A stretch of 39,444 nucleotides of DNA. Origin: Candidatus Aenigmatarchaeota archaeon. GTDB lineage: Archaea > Aenigmatarchaeota > Aenigmatarchaeia > QMZP01 > QMZT01. The DNA lies in assembly GCA_023128965.1 (NCBI GenBank), contig JAGMCY010000150.1:1-39444 (forward strand), in the 5' to 3' direction. The notes beneath the pieces were generated by a model that saw nothing but the letters and a program-made list of their open reading frames with translations, had not been told where the DNA came from and searched no databases. The position numbers and the translations under genes were made by a program. Of this stretch, positions 19,725 through 29,212 are shown piece after piece; within the stretch, counting starts at the first letter, position 1, and every line of letters starts with the position of its first letter.

Positions 19725-19765
19725 AGCTTTCGAATGACATAGACTTCGTCTATGTCAGTCTGTAC
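19725..19765 (+). other. tRNA intron 1 (D-loop, about 41 nt, position about 20/20a)
   Basis: Removal gives D-loop AGTTGGATA; internal 10-bp hairpin TGACATAGAC/GTCTATGTCA; only a relaxed BHB, so boundaries are uncertain by 1-2 nt. Confidence 0.7.
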
Positions 19766-19776
19766 TAGAGCACCAG

Positions 19777-19793
19777 AGAACGAATTCGGTGAA
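19777..19793 (+). other. tRNA intron 2 (anticodon stem, position 30/31, 17 nt)
   Basis: Canonical BHB: outer GAG/CTC, central CACC/GGTG, bulges AG^A and AA^C, inner GAA/TTC. Confidence 0.9.
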
Positions 19794-19922
19794 CCTCCTA
19801 AGCTGGGTGTCCGGGGTTCGAATCCCCGCAGGTCCGTAAATATCGTAGGATGACTTAGTTTTATAATTCAGGTCATCGTTCGAAAAGATACTTTTATAAC
19901 TTTTTATGAATAAAATATTAAC

Positions 19923-20684
19923 ATGGCAAGGATAATTGCGATATCTTCTGGTAAAGGTGGCGTGGGAAAAACAACGCTTGTCGCGAACCTTTCCGCTGCC
20001 CTCGCCCAATACGGAAAGTCCGTTGTGGCTTTGGATGCGAATCTCACCACCTCAAATCTCGCCCTCCACCTGGGCATGCACCTATACCCGAAAACGCTCC
20101 ATGACGTGTTTGAGAGGAAAGCAGGTATAAGAGACGTGACATACATGCACAAAACAGGTTTTAAAGTGATCCCTGCTGACATTTCCTTCCGGAAGCTGAG
20201 GGACGTGAGATCGCATGAATACATCGATGTTTTCTACAGATTAATCGAGGAAAACGATTTTATCCTGATCGATTCCCCTGCAGGGCTCGGAAGGGATTCG
20301 CTCGCGGCGGTAGAGGCTGCTGACGAGCTTATAACCATAACCAACCCCGAGCTCCCCGCCATAACCGATGCCCTGAAACTGAGCATTCTTGCGAACAAAT
20401 ACTCAACCCACAACTTAGGGGTAGTCGTGAACAGGATAAAAAGGGAATCGCACGAGGTCCCGATCGATCACATAGAAAAAATGCTCGGTTTGCCCGCGAT
20501 AGGGAAAATCCCGGAAGACAGGGAGGTCCGGAAAGCAATCGCCCTTAAAGAGCCTGTTGTCTCTTACAATCCGAAATCCCCTGCCGCACAGCACATAATT
20601 GCGCTGGCAGCGAATCTTATCGGAGAAGAATACACGCCCAGAATGCCCTGGGGTCTCCGCCTTTTCGGCTGGCTGGCGAGGTAA
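19923..20684 (+). CDS. minD: MinD/ParA-family ATPase (archaeal MinD)
   Basis: SGKGGVGKTT deviant Walker A, DSPAG, VVVNR, IPED-x-x-VR; C-terminal amphipathic helix LRLFGWL. Confidence 0.88.
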   Translation: MARIIAISSGKGGVGKTTLVANLSAALAQYGKSVVALDANLTTSNLALHLGMHLYPKTLHDVFERKAGIRDVTYMHKTGFKVIPADISFRKLRDVRSHEYIDVFYRLIEENDFILIDSPAGLGRDSLAAVEAADELITITNPELPAITDALKLSILANKYSTHNLGVVVNRIKRESHEVPIDHIEKMLGLPAIGKIPEDREVRKAIALKEPVVSYNPKSPAAQHIIALAANLIGEEYTPRMPWGLRLFGWLAR

Positions 20685-20685
20685 G

Positions 20686-22344
20686 CTATTTTTTCAGGAT
20701 TTCGAGCATATCGCTCAGGTTCACCTCGAAAGCGCAAACCGGCTGCTCGATCCCGAAGTTATCCAGAACCTTTGGATGGATCTCGCCTATATAGGCGATT
20801 TTCTTCCCATTAACAGAAACCCTCCCGGCTCTTCCTGGTATGAATGAGGGATGTTCGGTTTTAACAATCTTATGCTCGAGCCCCAATGACGAAAGCAAGT
20901 AATCGAGATACTGCCTTATTTCAGTGTAATTCGCATCCTTATGGCAGGAAACACACGCAATTCTCACGAACTCCTCAACCCCGGTTTCTCTCTTGGGGTT
21001 CTTTTTGAACACCGATCCGATGTCGAATATTTTCTGAGGATAATCATGCCTGGTGTTCTCGCTTAAGACTTTCATAATGCTCGGAATCATCCATGATCTG
21101 AGGATATCGTATTCAATATTTGCGGGGTTCATGAGCTCAATGCAATCCATCTCGGTGAGCATATTCTTGTTCATGTCTCCCCTGTTTGTTAAATGGTAGG
21201 TGACGGTTTCAAGGAAGCCCAACCCGATCATCAAGTCAGCGATCTTTTTCTTGAAAACCTCGAAAGGATCTTCTTCCCCGATTGTCGAGACATTGGGAAT
21301 TTCAGCATCAAAATTTTCATAGCCGTAAGCTATTGCTATATCTTCAGCCAGGTCAACAGGATGCATAATGTCAGATCGGTAAGGTGGGATCTTAACTTCT
21401 TTGCCATCAAAAGAATAGCCCATTTTCTCGAAAAGCCTTTTGAAATCTTTCATTTTCAGATCAAGGCCCAGCCATTTGTTAATGTAATTCAAATCAACCT
21501 TCATCCTTTTCGGCCTGAGATCCGGTGTTGTGGTCTTCTCATCAGGATATTCAAGTTTCATTGCGTAGATCGTTCCGCCCATGTCAGCGAGAGCTGTAAC
21601 TATCATGTTAAGACAAATGTTCAGCGTGTTCATATCGAATCCGCTGCACTCAATGAATACGTCTTTCGTCTTCTCGATGATCTTTCCGGTTCTCTCCGAA
21701 TTTATGATAGGAGGCATTGAAAGTACTTCGTTCGCCGCATCTATGAAGAACGGGAAAACACTCTTCCCCTCAAGAAGATGGGCGTAATCACGGCCTGCGG
21801 GGTGCTGACTCAGGATCTGAAGACCATTCATCTCCCTTTCCCATTCAAGCGGTACGAATCTCACGTCTTCAGGTTTACTTCCGACAAATCTTATGGGAAG
21901 GGTGATCTTTTCGAATGGGTATATCCCTATCGCCACCTTTTCCCTGTTCCTTCCGAATGTCGTGTGGAGTTTTTCCTGAATCTGTATAACTTCCTTTATC
22001 TTCTGATCATCGAATTTCAACCCCCTGACAATCGCGCACGCGGTGTAGGGTCTGACCATGTGAACGCTTTTCTCGATCATGACCTTGAAATCTATGGGGG
22101 GGTTCTTGACAACGTATTCTTTCAGACCTTTCTCTATCCCCATAAATGTTTTCAAAGCCCTCACAAAACCCTGGGCACTGAGCATATCGGGTCTGTTGGG
22201 GAAAATCTCAACCATAATCTCCCGGCTGTCTAGTTTTTCAAGGTCTGTTCCCAGCATGCTTATCCTGTCTTTCAACAACTCATCAGGATATCTCTTTCCC
22301 ATGAGCTTATCGAATTCCTTCCTGTCTATAGTTATCGTTGGCAT
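20686..22344 (-). CDS. pheT: Phenylalanine-tRNA ligase beta subunit
   Basis: NRPDMLS, QEKLH, PPIINS, PPYRSDIMHPVDLAEDIAIAYGY, GEIHP. Confidence 0.96.
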   Translation of the reverse strand: MPTITIDRKEFDKLMGKRYPDELLKDRISMLGTDLEKLDSREIMVEIFPNRPDMLSAQGFVRALKTFMGIEKGLKEYVVKNPPIDFKVMIEKSVHMVRPYTACAIVRGLKFDDQKIKEVIQIQEKLHTTFGRNREKVAIGIYPFEKITLPIRFVGSKPEDVRFVPLEWEREMNGLQILSQHPAGRDYAHLLEGKSVFPFFIDAANEVLSMPPIINSERTGKIIEKTKDVFIECSGFDMNTLNICLNMIVTALADMGGTIYAMKLEYPDEKTTTPDLRPKRMKVDLNYINKWLGLDLKMKDFKRLFEKMGYSFDGKEVKIPPYRSDIMHPVDLAEDIAIAYGYENFDAEIPNVSTIGEEDPFEVFKKKIADLMIGLGFLETVTYHLTNRGDMNKNMLTEMDCIELMNPANIEYDILRSWMIPSIMKVLSENTRHDYPQKIFDIGSVFKKNPKRETGVEEFVRIACVSCHKDANYTEIRQYLDYLLSSLGLEHKIVKTEHPSFIPGRAGRVSVNGKKIAYIGEIHPKVLDNFGIEQPVCAFEVNLSDMLEILKK

Positions 22345-23868
22345 TTACCTCAACCACATCTTTATTTCTCTAAGCAGTTTCAGATCGTTCTTATACAATT
22401 CCCTCAAATCGGTTATTTTATAGTAAGACAATATCATCCTGTCAAGACCCGGACCCCAAGCAAGGACAGGGATATCTTCACCGAGAAGAGGAACTACTAC
22501 CTCCGGCCTGAAAATCCCGGCTGCAAACACCTCAATCCACTGTTTGTGAACAGGATCATAAACTTCGCCTTCAACACTCGGTTCTGTGTAGGGGAAATGG
22601 GCCGGTCTGAATCTCACCTTCGTGAACCCGATCTTATTCGCGAAATTTTTCAGGTAACCTAAAAGATGCTTGAAATTTGCATCAGGATCAACCACTATGC
22701 CTTCAAATTGATTAAATTCGAACAAATGGCTCCAGTCCATCGTCTCGTTCCGGAAGCACCTTCCTATTGCAAAATACTTCGCAGGCAGATCATCTTTCTT
22801 TAGCTGGGCAATTGTTCTTGCGGAAAGACAGGTTGTATGTGTCCTCATGACGTTCGATCTTGCGCTTTCGCTATCCCATCTGTACTGCCAACCTTTGCTT
22901 TCAGTTGAACCCCCGTTTTCATGAACGGCCTTCACGGCTTTCACGATTCTCTGATCAGGGAGTTTGCCCGTTCTGGGGTTTTTTATGTAAAAAGTGTCCT
23001 GAAGATCGCGGACGGGGTGGTCCTGTGCGGTGAACAAGGCATCGAAATTCCAGAAACTAGTTTCTAGCAGAGGGCCCGTCATCTCTTTGAAACCAAGCTC
23101 AAGCCACACCCTCTTGGCGTATTCCACTACCTGGTTAACGAAATGCCTCCTCCCCCCGTAAACCTTGGGAACGTTTATCTCCACATCATACCTTCTGAAT
23201 TTCTTACCAACCCATTTCCTTTCTTTAAGCATCTTGGGTGTGAGTTTCTCAATAAGATCTAGCTTTGAGAATTTCGATTTCCTTATGAGCTTTTTGCCTG
23301 TTTCAGTCAACTTTACGTGCTTGAGTTTCGCACTCTCCTTTATTATGATATCCTTCCTTTTAAGGAGTTTCCCAGCGAGGTTCTTTTCTTCATCACTCAA
23401 ATCCTCAAAGGGGGCAGGAAGCTTTTTGAGAAACTTCTCCTCAGGGAAGCCTTTCCTGAGAATACCCTCCCTTTCACTTGTGGGTTCCACATCATCCCCC
23501 AGTATTGTTATTGCATACCGGGATTTCAAAAGACCGAGAGATATTCTCACCTCATTATTATCCAGGTTTGTAGCCCTTTTTATCGATTCCAGATCCATCT
23601 TTCCGTCAAGAACCTCAAGGAATCGCTTTTCCGGCAAACCTTTCTTTTCGTAAATTCTCCCGTTTTCACCAAGTTTCACAACATCCCTTAGAGAGGATTT
23701 TATCTTAACCACGCCTTTATTCTCGAGCCATTGCAGCGCGCGCATCACTTCAACATCCTTTTTCTTTGAAAGCTTTGTTATCTCTTTCAATTCAATACCA
23801 TCTTTTAGAAATGGCAAGACATTCCTTTCCACCGGACTCAAGGTCTCGAGAAGTTTCTGCATATCCAT
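22345..23868 (-). CDS. pheS: Phenylalanine-tRNA ligase alpha subunit
   Basis: WNFDALF, QDHPVRDLQDTF, RTHTT, FRNE, FPYTEPS, GIFRPE. Confidence 0.96.
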   Translation of the reverse strand: MDMQKLLETLSPVERNVLPFLKDGIELKEITKLSKKKDVEVMRALQWLENKGVVKIKSSLRDVVKLGENGRIYEKKGLPEKRFLEVLDGKMDLESIKRATNLDNNEVRISLGLLKSRYAITILGDDVEPTSEREGILRKGFPEEKFLKKLPAPFEDLSDEEKNLAGKLLKRKDIIIKESAKLKHVKLTETGKKLIRKSKFSKLDLIEKLTPKMLKERKWVGKKFRRYDVEINVPKVYGGRRHFVNQVVEYAKRVWLELGFKEMTGPLLETSFWNFDALFTAQDHPVRDLQDTFYIKNPRTGKLPDQRIVKAVKAVHENGGSTESKGWQYRWDSESARSNVMRTHTTCLSARTIAQLKKDDLPAKYFAIGRCFRNETMDWSHLFEFNQFEGIVVDPDANFKHLLGYLKNFANKIGFTKVRFRPAHFPYTEPSVEGEVYDPVHKQWIEVFAAGIFRPEVVVPLLGEDIPVLAWGPGLDRMILSYYKITDLRELYKNDLKLLREIKMWLR

Positions 23869-23917
23869 AGATTAATATGGTATTCCTTTTTTATAATTTT
23901 GAGGCCCAAATCTCTAC

Positions 23918-24658
23918 ATGGATACAGGCGAATACAACAGAAAATTTTATTCAAAGATATTCGACAATAAAGCAAAAATGTACTACAGTATACAGAAAAA
24001 GAAGATAGAAATAGTGTTGAAATTACTGGAAAAACACGAAAATGGGAGAGTTCTGGATATTGGTTGTGGTGACGGCTTGATATCGACCTTGATAGCCAAT
24101 GTGACAAAAGCGAAGGTCTACGGGGTGGATATAAGCCGCAAGGCTTTATCGAAAGCGAGGAAAAAAGGGATAATCACAAGGGCGATGAATGTGGACAAAC
24201 AGGGATTCCCCTTCGAAGAGGAAAGTTTTGATGCGGTATTCTGCGGGGATTTGCTTGAGCATTTGTACGACACGGAAAACCTATTAGAGAATGTGAGGAA
24301 AATTCTGAAACCGAACGGGTACCTTATAATCTCGGTTCCCAACATCGCTTCGTGGTATAACCGGGGGTTCCTTTTGTTGGGCTACATGCCCACCTGGATT
24401 GAATCCTCTCTTAAAACGTATACAGGGAATCCGGTCATTAAAGAGGGTGTGGGTCACATCCACGCGTTCACAAAACGCTCGCTGACAGAGCTCCTGGTGT
24501 TTAAGGGGTTTTCCATAGAAAAGGTTACTGGAAGCCCCGTGCTAGCAGATGGTACGAGAAGAAAATGGAAGGAGAGGCTGTGGAACGGGGCGGATTCGTT
24601 TTTCGCAAAGAAGGCCTCCCTGGCCTCGACGCTGGTCATGAAGGCGAGGAAAAGATAA
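23918..24658 (+). CDS. Class I SAM-dependent methyltransferase
   Basis: VLDIGCGDG, GVDIS, FDAVFCGDLLEH, LKPNGYLIISVPN. Confidence 0.9.
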   Translation: MDTGEYNRKFYSKIFDNKAKMYYSIQKKKIEIVLKLLEKHENGRVLDIGCGDGLISTLIANVTKAKVYGVDISRKALSKARKKGIITRAMNVDKQGFPFEEESFDAVFCGDLLEHLYDTENLLENVRKILKPNGYLIISVPNIASWYNRGFLLLGYMPTWIESSLKTYTGNPVIKEGVGHIHAFTKRSLTELLVFKGFSIEKVTGSPVLADGTRRKWKERLWNGADSFFAKKASLASTLVMKARKR

Positions 24659-24691
24659 AAGAGACGTGTTTGAATATATAACTGTGGGATC

Positions 24692-25699
24692 ATGAAAAGG
24701 ACCTTTTTCAACAGCGTGACGATAAGCCTGCCAAAGAACATCATCCAATTCTCGTTAGGCGTTATTCTTTACTGGTTCCTGCTGGGCATACCAAATACGT
24801 ATACAACCCTGCTGGCCTTGTCCGGGTTTCTCATCGCGTATTCCTCTGTTTACCTCTACAACGATATGGTTGATCACAAGGAAGACAGGAGGGACAGGGA
24901 AAAATTGAAATGGAAACTTGTCGCTGGCGGCCACATGGGAGTGAATTCGGCGAGAGTGCTTTCTTTATTTTTTGCAGGTTTTGGTCTCGCGATATCCTTC
25001 CTCGTGGGCAGGTGGTTTTTCCTGATGGTGCTGGCAATGCTATCCCTTAACATTCTCCATTCTTCACCATACACCAGGTTTAAAAAAAGTCTGCGTAAAA
25101 CAACGGTGAACATGACGGCAATAGAGTTCTTGAAATTTTCCTGCGGCTGGTTCGCGCTCACGAGCGACTTGACGAAATTCCCCTTCTGGCTGATTTTCGC
25201 TTTTTCAATAGTTTACACAACGAGTTATTTGATTTACAAATTCAAATTCAGGGGCGGGACGATAAAGAGCAACAAAAAGCTCTTCATCGGCTTGGGAACA
25301 ATCGGCATGTTTTCCTACATAATATCATTCGTTCAATACGGTTTCCCTCTAAGCATGATACTTCTTATAACCATACCGTTATTCGTGCTTTTGCTGTTCA
25401 AACAGATGGATATAGAATTCCACAAGATCAACAACATGATAGTGATAGAATACCTTCTGCTACCCGTGGTTATCATCTCATTTATGGTACTCATGATACC
25501 GGTTGTCGGCCAAGCTAATGAAGAGATGGCGGACACGATCGATACGTATACAGAAAATATAATAGACGATATCCCAGAAACCATAACCGAACCGATAGAC
25601 AACCTAACGGACGAACTGAAGAAATATGAAACACTCGAAGACATAGAGGAGGGAATAAAAGAGGGCTTCGAAAACATAACCGGGTCGCTGAAAAGTTAA
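24692..25699 (+). CDS. UbiA-family prenyltransferase-like membrane protein
   Basis: Multiple TM helices; [13 protein letters not shown] first Asp-rich motif; YS-x-P-like HSSPYTRFK; acidic C-terminal tail. Confidence 0.7.
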   Translation: MKRTFFNSVTISLPKNIIQFSLGVILYWFLLGIPNTYTTLLALSGFLIAYSSVYLYNDMVDHKEDRRDREKLKWKLVAGGHMGVNSARVLSLFFAGFGLAISFLVGRWFFLMVLAMLSLNILHSSPYTRFKKSLRKTTVNMTAIEFLKFSCGWFALTSDLTKFPFWLIFAFSIVYTTSYLIYKFKFRGGTIKSNKKLFIGLGTIGMFSYIISFVQYGFPLSMILLITIPLFVLLLFKQMDIEFHKINNMIVIEYLLLPVVIISFMVLMIPVVGQANEEMADTIDTYTENIIDDIPETITEPIDNLTDELKKYETLEDIEEGIKEGFENITGSLKS

Positions 25700-26370
25700 A
25701 ACCTCCTCCCCATTTTCGTTACGAAAGTTTTCCAGTGCGGAAGCACGCCTGTTTTCCCCCCGAATATTTTGGTTTTCCCACCTTTAACCGCCTCCAGTAT
25801 CTTGTCCTTCTGTTTCTCGGAGTACACGAATGTGTAGGCAGAACCAAGTTCCGCCCCGAAATGCGCATCCGAGCCGGCGACTTTCGGAAGCTTGTGTTCT
25901 TCAGCGAATTTCGAAGCATTTTTGTTGAATCTATCAAGCAGGGTTCTGGCGTTGAAAACCTCCACCGCGTCTATATACCTGACGATTTTTTCTATTCCCT
26001 TTCCCACTCCTCTCCTCATTTTGTCGAATGGGTGGGGAACCAAAACGAAGCCGCCCTGCTCCTTGATAAGCTTGCAGGTCTGTGCGAGCGTGAGGTCTGA
26101 AGGGATATCCTCCTTCAGGTTCAGGCCTATGATTTCGCCGCTTTCAGTTTTAATCTCAGAGCCCACGAAAACGATCAAACCCTTCGCAAGTTTCTCGGTT
26201 TCCTTCCCCCCTTCTACGCTGTTGTGGTCGGTCACGGCTATCGCATCAAGACCGAGTTTTTTGGCAAGGTCTATGATCTCTTCCGGGGACATATTGCCAT
26301 CCATGGAAAAATCCGAATGTATGTGGAAATCAACCTTCAGTCTTCGCCTTTTCGAACCTACCAGGGACAT
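25696..26370 (-). CDS. PHP-domain phosphoesterase
   Basis: [24 protein letters not shown]. Confidence 0.9.
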   Translation of the reverse strand: MSLVGSKRRRLKVDFHIHSDFSMDGNMSPEEIIDLAKKLGLDAIAVTDHNSVEGGKETEKLAKGLIVFVGSEIKTESGEIIGLNLKEDIPSDLTLAQTCKLIKEQGGFVLVPHPFDKMRRGVGKGIEKIVRYIDAVEVFNARTLLDRFNKNASKFAEEHKLPKVAGSDAHFGAELGSAYTFVYSEKQKDKILEAVKGGKTKIFGGKTGVLPHWKTFVTKMGRRF

Positions 26371-26405
26371 ACTATCTTATTAAAGCGATTACAATAAATT
26401 TATAT

Positions 26406-27887
26406 GTGATAAACATGGACAAGTTCCTTCGTATCCAAGAGCTCGCAGATCAGAGGGGTCTGTTCTTCCCCTCAGCCGAAATCCACTCGCCCCCCTCAGG
26501 TTTCTGGGATTTCGGTCATCTGGGAGCGGTGTCGAGGAGGAAGATTATTGATCTGTGGAGGAAAGAGGTCGTCAGGAAAACGGATTCACTCGAAATCGAG
26601 GGGTGTTTAATACTCCCTAAAAAGAATTTCGAGGCTTCAGGACACCTGAAAGGTTTTGTTGACCCTTTAATACAGTGCAAAAAATGCCACAAGATATTCA
26701 GGGCGGATAAACTGATAGAGGAGAAGACGAAGAAATCAATCCCGGAAGCTCTGGACATTTCGGAGTTCAACAAGCTGGTAAAGAAATTCGAAATCCGCTG
26801 CCCAGAATGCAAAGGAGGATTTTCGAGCGTGAAAAAATTCAACATGATGATAGGGGTTTCAATCGGGCCTTTGTCCAAAGAACTAAACGCTTATCTCAGG
26901 CCCGAGACATGCCAGAACATATTCACCGCGTTTCAGAAGATCTACAAAACCTCTCGTGTCTCGCTTCCCTTAGGCATATCCCAGGTGGGTCGCGCTTTCA
27001 GAAACGAGATCTCCCCAAGACAGGGGTTGATAAGGACGAGGGAGTTCACGCAGCTGGAAACAGAGGTTTTTTTCAACCCTAAAAAAATAAATGATCTGCC
27101 CGAATTCGATAAGTACAAGAACATGAAACTCCGGTTGAAACTTCTCGGCAAGGAGAAAACGGAACCCTTCACCCCAGAACGAGCGGTGAAGAAAAAGATA
27201 ATATCAGGGAAGCTGATAGGCTATTACCTAGCGATTACCCAACAATTCTTCGAGAAATGCGGTTTCCCTCCGAAGGATATCCGCTTCCGCGAACTCGAGG
27301 ATAAAGCGAAAGCTTTCTATTCGAAGGAAACATGGGATTTCGAGGTGAAGACGAGCGTTGGATGGCTTGAACTCGTAGCATGCAATTACAGGACAGATTT
27401 CGATCTGTCCTCACATTCTAAGGTTTCCGGAACGGACCTCTCGGTCGTAGAGAACGATGAGAAATTCATCCCCCACGTTTTCGAATTGTCAATGGGCCTC
27501 GACCGCATATTTTACGCCGTTCTCGAGAATTCGCTCACGGAGAGGAAAGGAAAACCTGTCCTTAAATTCCCCCGCAACCTCACGCCTCTGGATGTTATTA
27601 TCCTCCCGCTCGTGAGAAAGGACGGAATCGGCAAGAAAGCGAGGGAAATACACGAGATGCTGAAAACGAAATTTGAAACCAAATACGACGAGAAACAGTC
27701 GATCGGAAAGCGCTACGTGATCTATGACCAACTTGGCGTCCCTCTCGCGATCACAATAGACTATGATTCGTTGAAAAAGCAGGACGCCACCTTACGAGAT
27801 AGAGACAGCATGAAGCAGATACGGGTGAAGATAAAGGATCTCGAAACCAAAATAAGCGATTTCTTCGAGGGCAAGAAGATATTCTAA
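26406..27887 (+). CDS. glyS: Glycine-tRNA ligase (archaeal/eukaryal homodimeric type)
   Basis: ASGH, RADKL, FNMM, YLRPET, FRNEISPRQGLIRTREFTQ, SIGKRY anticodon domain. Confidence 0.94.
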   Translation: MINMDKFLRIQELADQRGLFFPSAEIHSPPSGFWDFGHLGAVSRRKIIDLWRKEVVRKTDSLEIEGCLILPKKNFEASGHLKGFVDPLIQCKKCHKIFRADKLIEEKTKKSIPEALDISEFNKLVKKFEIRCPECKGGFSSVKKFNMMIGVSIGPLSKELNAYLRPETCQNIFTAFQKIYKTSRVSLPLGISQVGRAFRNEISPRQGLIRTREFTQLETEVFFNPKKINDLPEFDKYKNMKLRLKLLGKEKTEPFTPERAVKKKIISGKLIGYYLAITQQFFEKCGFPPKDIRFRELEDKAKAFYSKETWDFEVKTSVGWLELVACNYRTDFDLSSHSKVSGTDLSVVENDEKFIPHVFELSMGLDRIFYAVLENSLTERKGKPVLKFPRNLTPLDVIILPLVRKDGIGKKAREIHEMLKTKFETKYDEKQSIGKRYVIYDQLGVPLAITIDYDSLKKQDATLRDRDSMKQIRVKIKDLETKISDFFEGKKIF

Positions 27888-28969
27888 TACCCTCTCCATT
27901 TTTCTATACGTTTGTGGACTTCCCTTTCCACTTTCGCTAGAAACAGCTTCATCGCCTTTGTCGGGTCCCACTCGTGATCGCTCGCGTAGAAGCTCCCCTT
28001 ATCCGTCACGAACCTGCCCTGCACGGAATACTTCTTTCGCCTTCCTCCCGTCTTATGCGTTTCGACATGTATCGCCACGTAAGTCACGGTTAAGAGTTTC
28101 AGGAGTTTCGAGATCGTATTCTCCACCATCTCGTCCATTTTCATCCTTATGAACTCATCCTCATCATCCAGGCCGGTGACCCTTACGTAAACGGTTTCGA
28201 GGGATTTTCCTATGAGCTTGAACAGGTCTTTCACGGTTATCATTCCCATAAGCCTTCCGTTTCTCTCCACGATAACCGTGCAGATACCCTCTTTCGAAAC
28301 TTTACTGACTATTTTTTCCAGGTCAGTTTCCGGGTTCACTTTCGTTATACCGGTTCTCAGAAATTTACCTATGTCGATACCTCCCAGTTTTGTTTTATCC
28401 CCGAACCTTTCCCCGCGTTTTGATCTGCGTTCGTCAACCAGTATGTTTATAAGGCTCAGGCCGTCAACGAGACCCTTGAATCTCCCCTTCCCGTCGAGGA
28501 TTGGTATCCTGTTGAGCCCGAGGTCCTTCATGGTGGAGATCACCGTCGAAAGCGTATCGTCCTCGCTCGCACAATAAGGAAACTGCATGATATCCTTCGC
28601 TTTCTTCCCCTCGAAGATTTCGTCCTTTACGAACCCCAAGAGTTTAGGCTTCGAAACAGCGTAGATTTTTCCTTCCTTCTCGACCGGAAGCGATCTGTAT
28701 TCGCTCACCAGCATATAGTTGATTATATCCCCGACAGAAGTATCTACGGGAAAGGGGGTTAAGGGTTTCATGAAATACGAGATCTTCGTCTTTTGCGGTT
28801 CGCTCACCTTCCTCTTCACGATATCATCCAGCGTGACGATCCCTTCAAACCCACCGTCAAATACAAATGCCTCGTATTTCTTACGCTCTGCCATTTTGGA
28901 AACGACGTGGGACAGGCTTTCGTTCGGCCCCACGAGAAATGCTTCCTCGATTACATCTTCCAGATCCAT
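27884..28969 (-). CDS. CBS-domain protein fused to a C-terminal HPF/RaiA-like domain (Hib-type ribosome hibernation factor)
   Basis: Four CBS repeats then a roughly 100-aa beta-alpha-beta-beta-beta-alpha-like domain (VAIHVE, KYSVQGRF, FYASDHEWD-x3-A, KVEREV); directly downstream of rps17e. Confidence 0.75.
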   Translation of the reverse strand: MDLEDVIEEAFLVGPNESLSHVVSKMAERKKYEAFVFDGGFEGIVTLDDIVKRKVSEPQKTKISYFMKPLTPFPVDTSVGDIINYMLVSEYRSLPVEKEGKIYAVSKPKLLGFVKDEIFEGKKAKDIMQFPYCASEDDTLSTVISTMKDLGLNRIPILDGKGRFKGLVDGLSLINILVDERRSKRGERFGDKTKLGGIDIGKFLRTGITKVNPETDLEKIVSKVSKEGICTVIVERNGRLMGMITVKDLFKLIGKSLETVYVRVTGLDDEDEFIRMKMDEMVENTISKLLKLLTVTYVAIHVETHKTGGRRKKYSVQGRFVTDKGSFYASDHEWDPTKAMKLFLAKVEREVHKRIEKWRGY

Positions 28970-28973
28970 AGAA

Positions 28974-29174
28974 TCACAAGCCGCTCTTGCTTATCCTCTT
29001 CATTTCCTTCGTTATGTAACCTGCAACCACGTTCTTTATTTTTTTTGACTTTATGTTCTTTATCTTCGAAAGAATCTCTTTGTTCTTCCCAAAATCATCG
29101 GTGAATTTATCACCGTGTTCCTTTATCAGCTCGTTACCTAATGTTTTGATCGCAATGGTTTTTATCCTTCCCAT
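28974..29174 (-). CDS. rps17e: 30S ribosomal protein S17e
   Basis: MGRIKT...FTDDFGKNK...SKKIKNVVAGYIT; ATG at 29174 preferred over the upstream TTG. Confidence 0.95.
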   Translation of the reverse strand: MGRIKTIAIKTLGNELIKEHGDKFTDDFGKNKEILSKIKNIKSKKIKNVVAGYITKEMKRISKSGL

Positions 29175-29212
29175 ATCTTCCCCTCGCAATAATACATATT
29201 CTCAATGGATAT

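Larger units (their letters stand above)
19705..19836 (+). tRNA. tRNA-Arg(CCT) with two introns; CCA not encoded
   Basis: Acceptor GGGCCTG/CAGGTCC plus discriminator G; D stem GCTC/GAGC; T arm CGGGG-TTCGAAT-CCCCG; after intron removal the anticodon arm is CCAGC-CTCCTAA-GCTGG. Confidence 0.92.

Noticed and set aside
18070..19900. Integrated element at tRNA-Arg
   Set aside because: No integrase and no duplicated tRNA end (att site) seen
19755..20009. 84-aa minus-strand ORF
   Set aside because: Antisense shadow of the tRNA and the minD start
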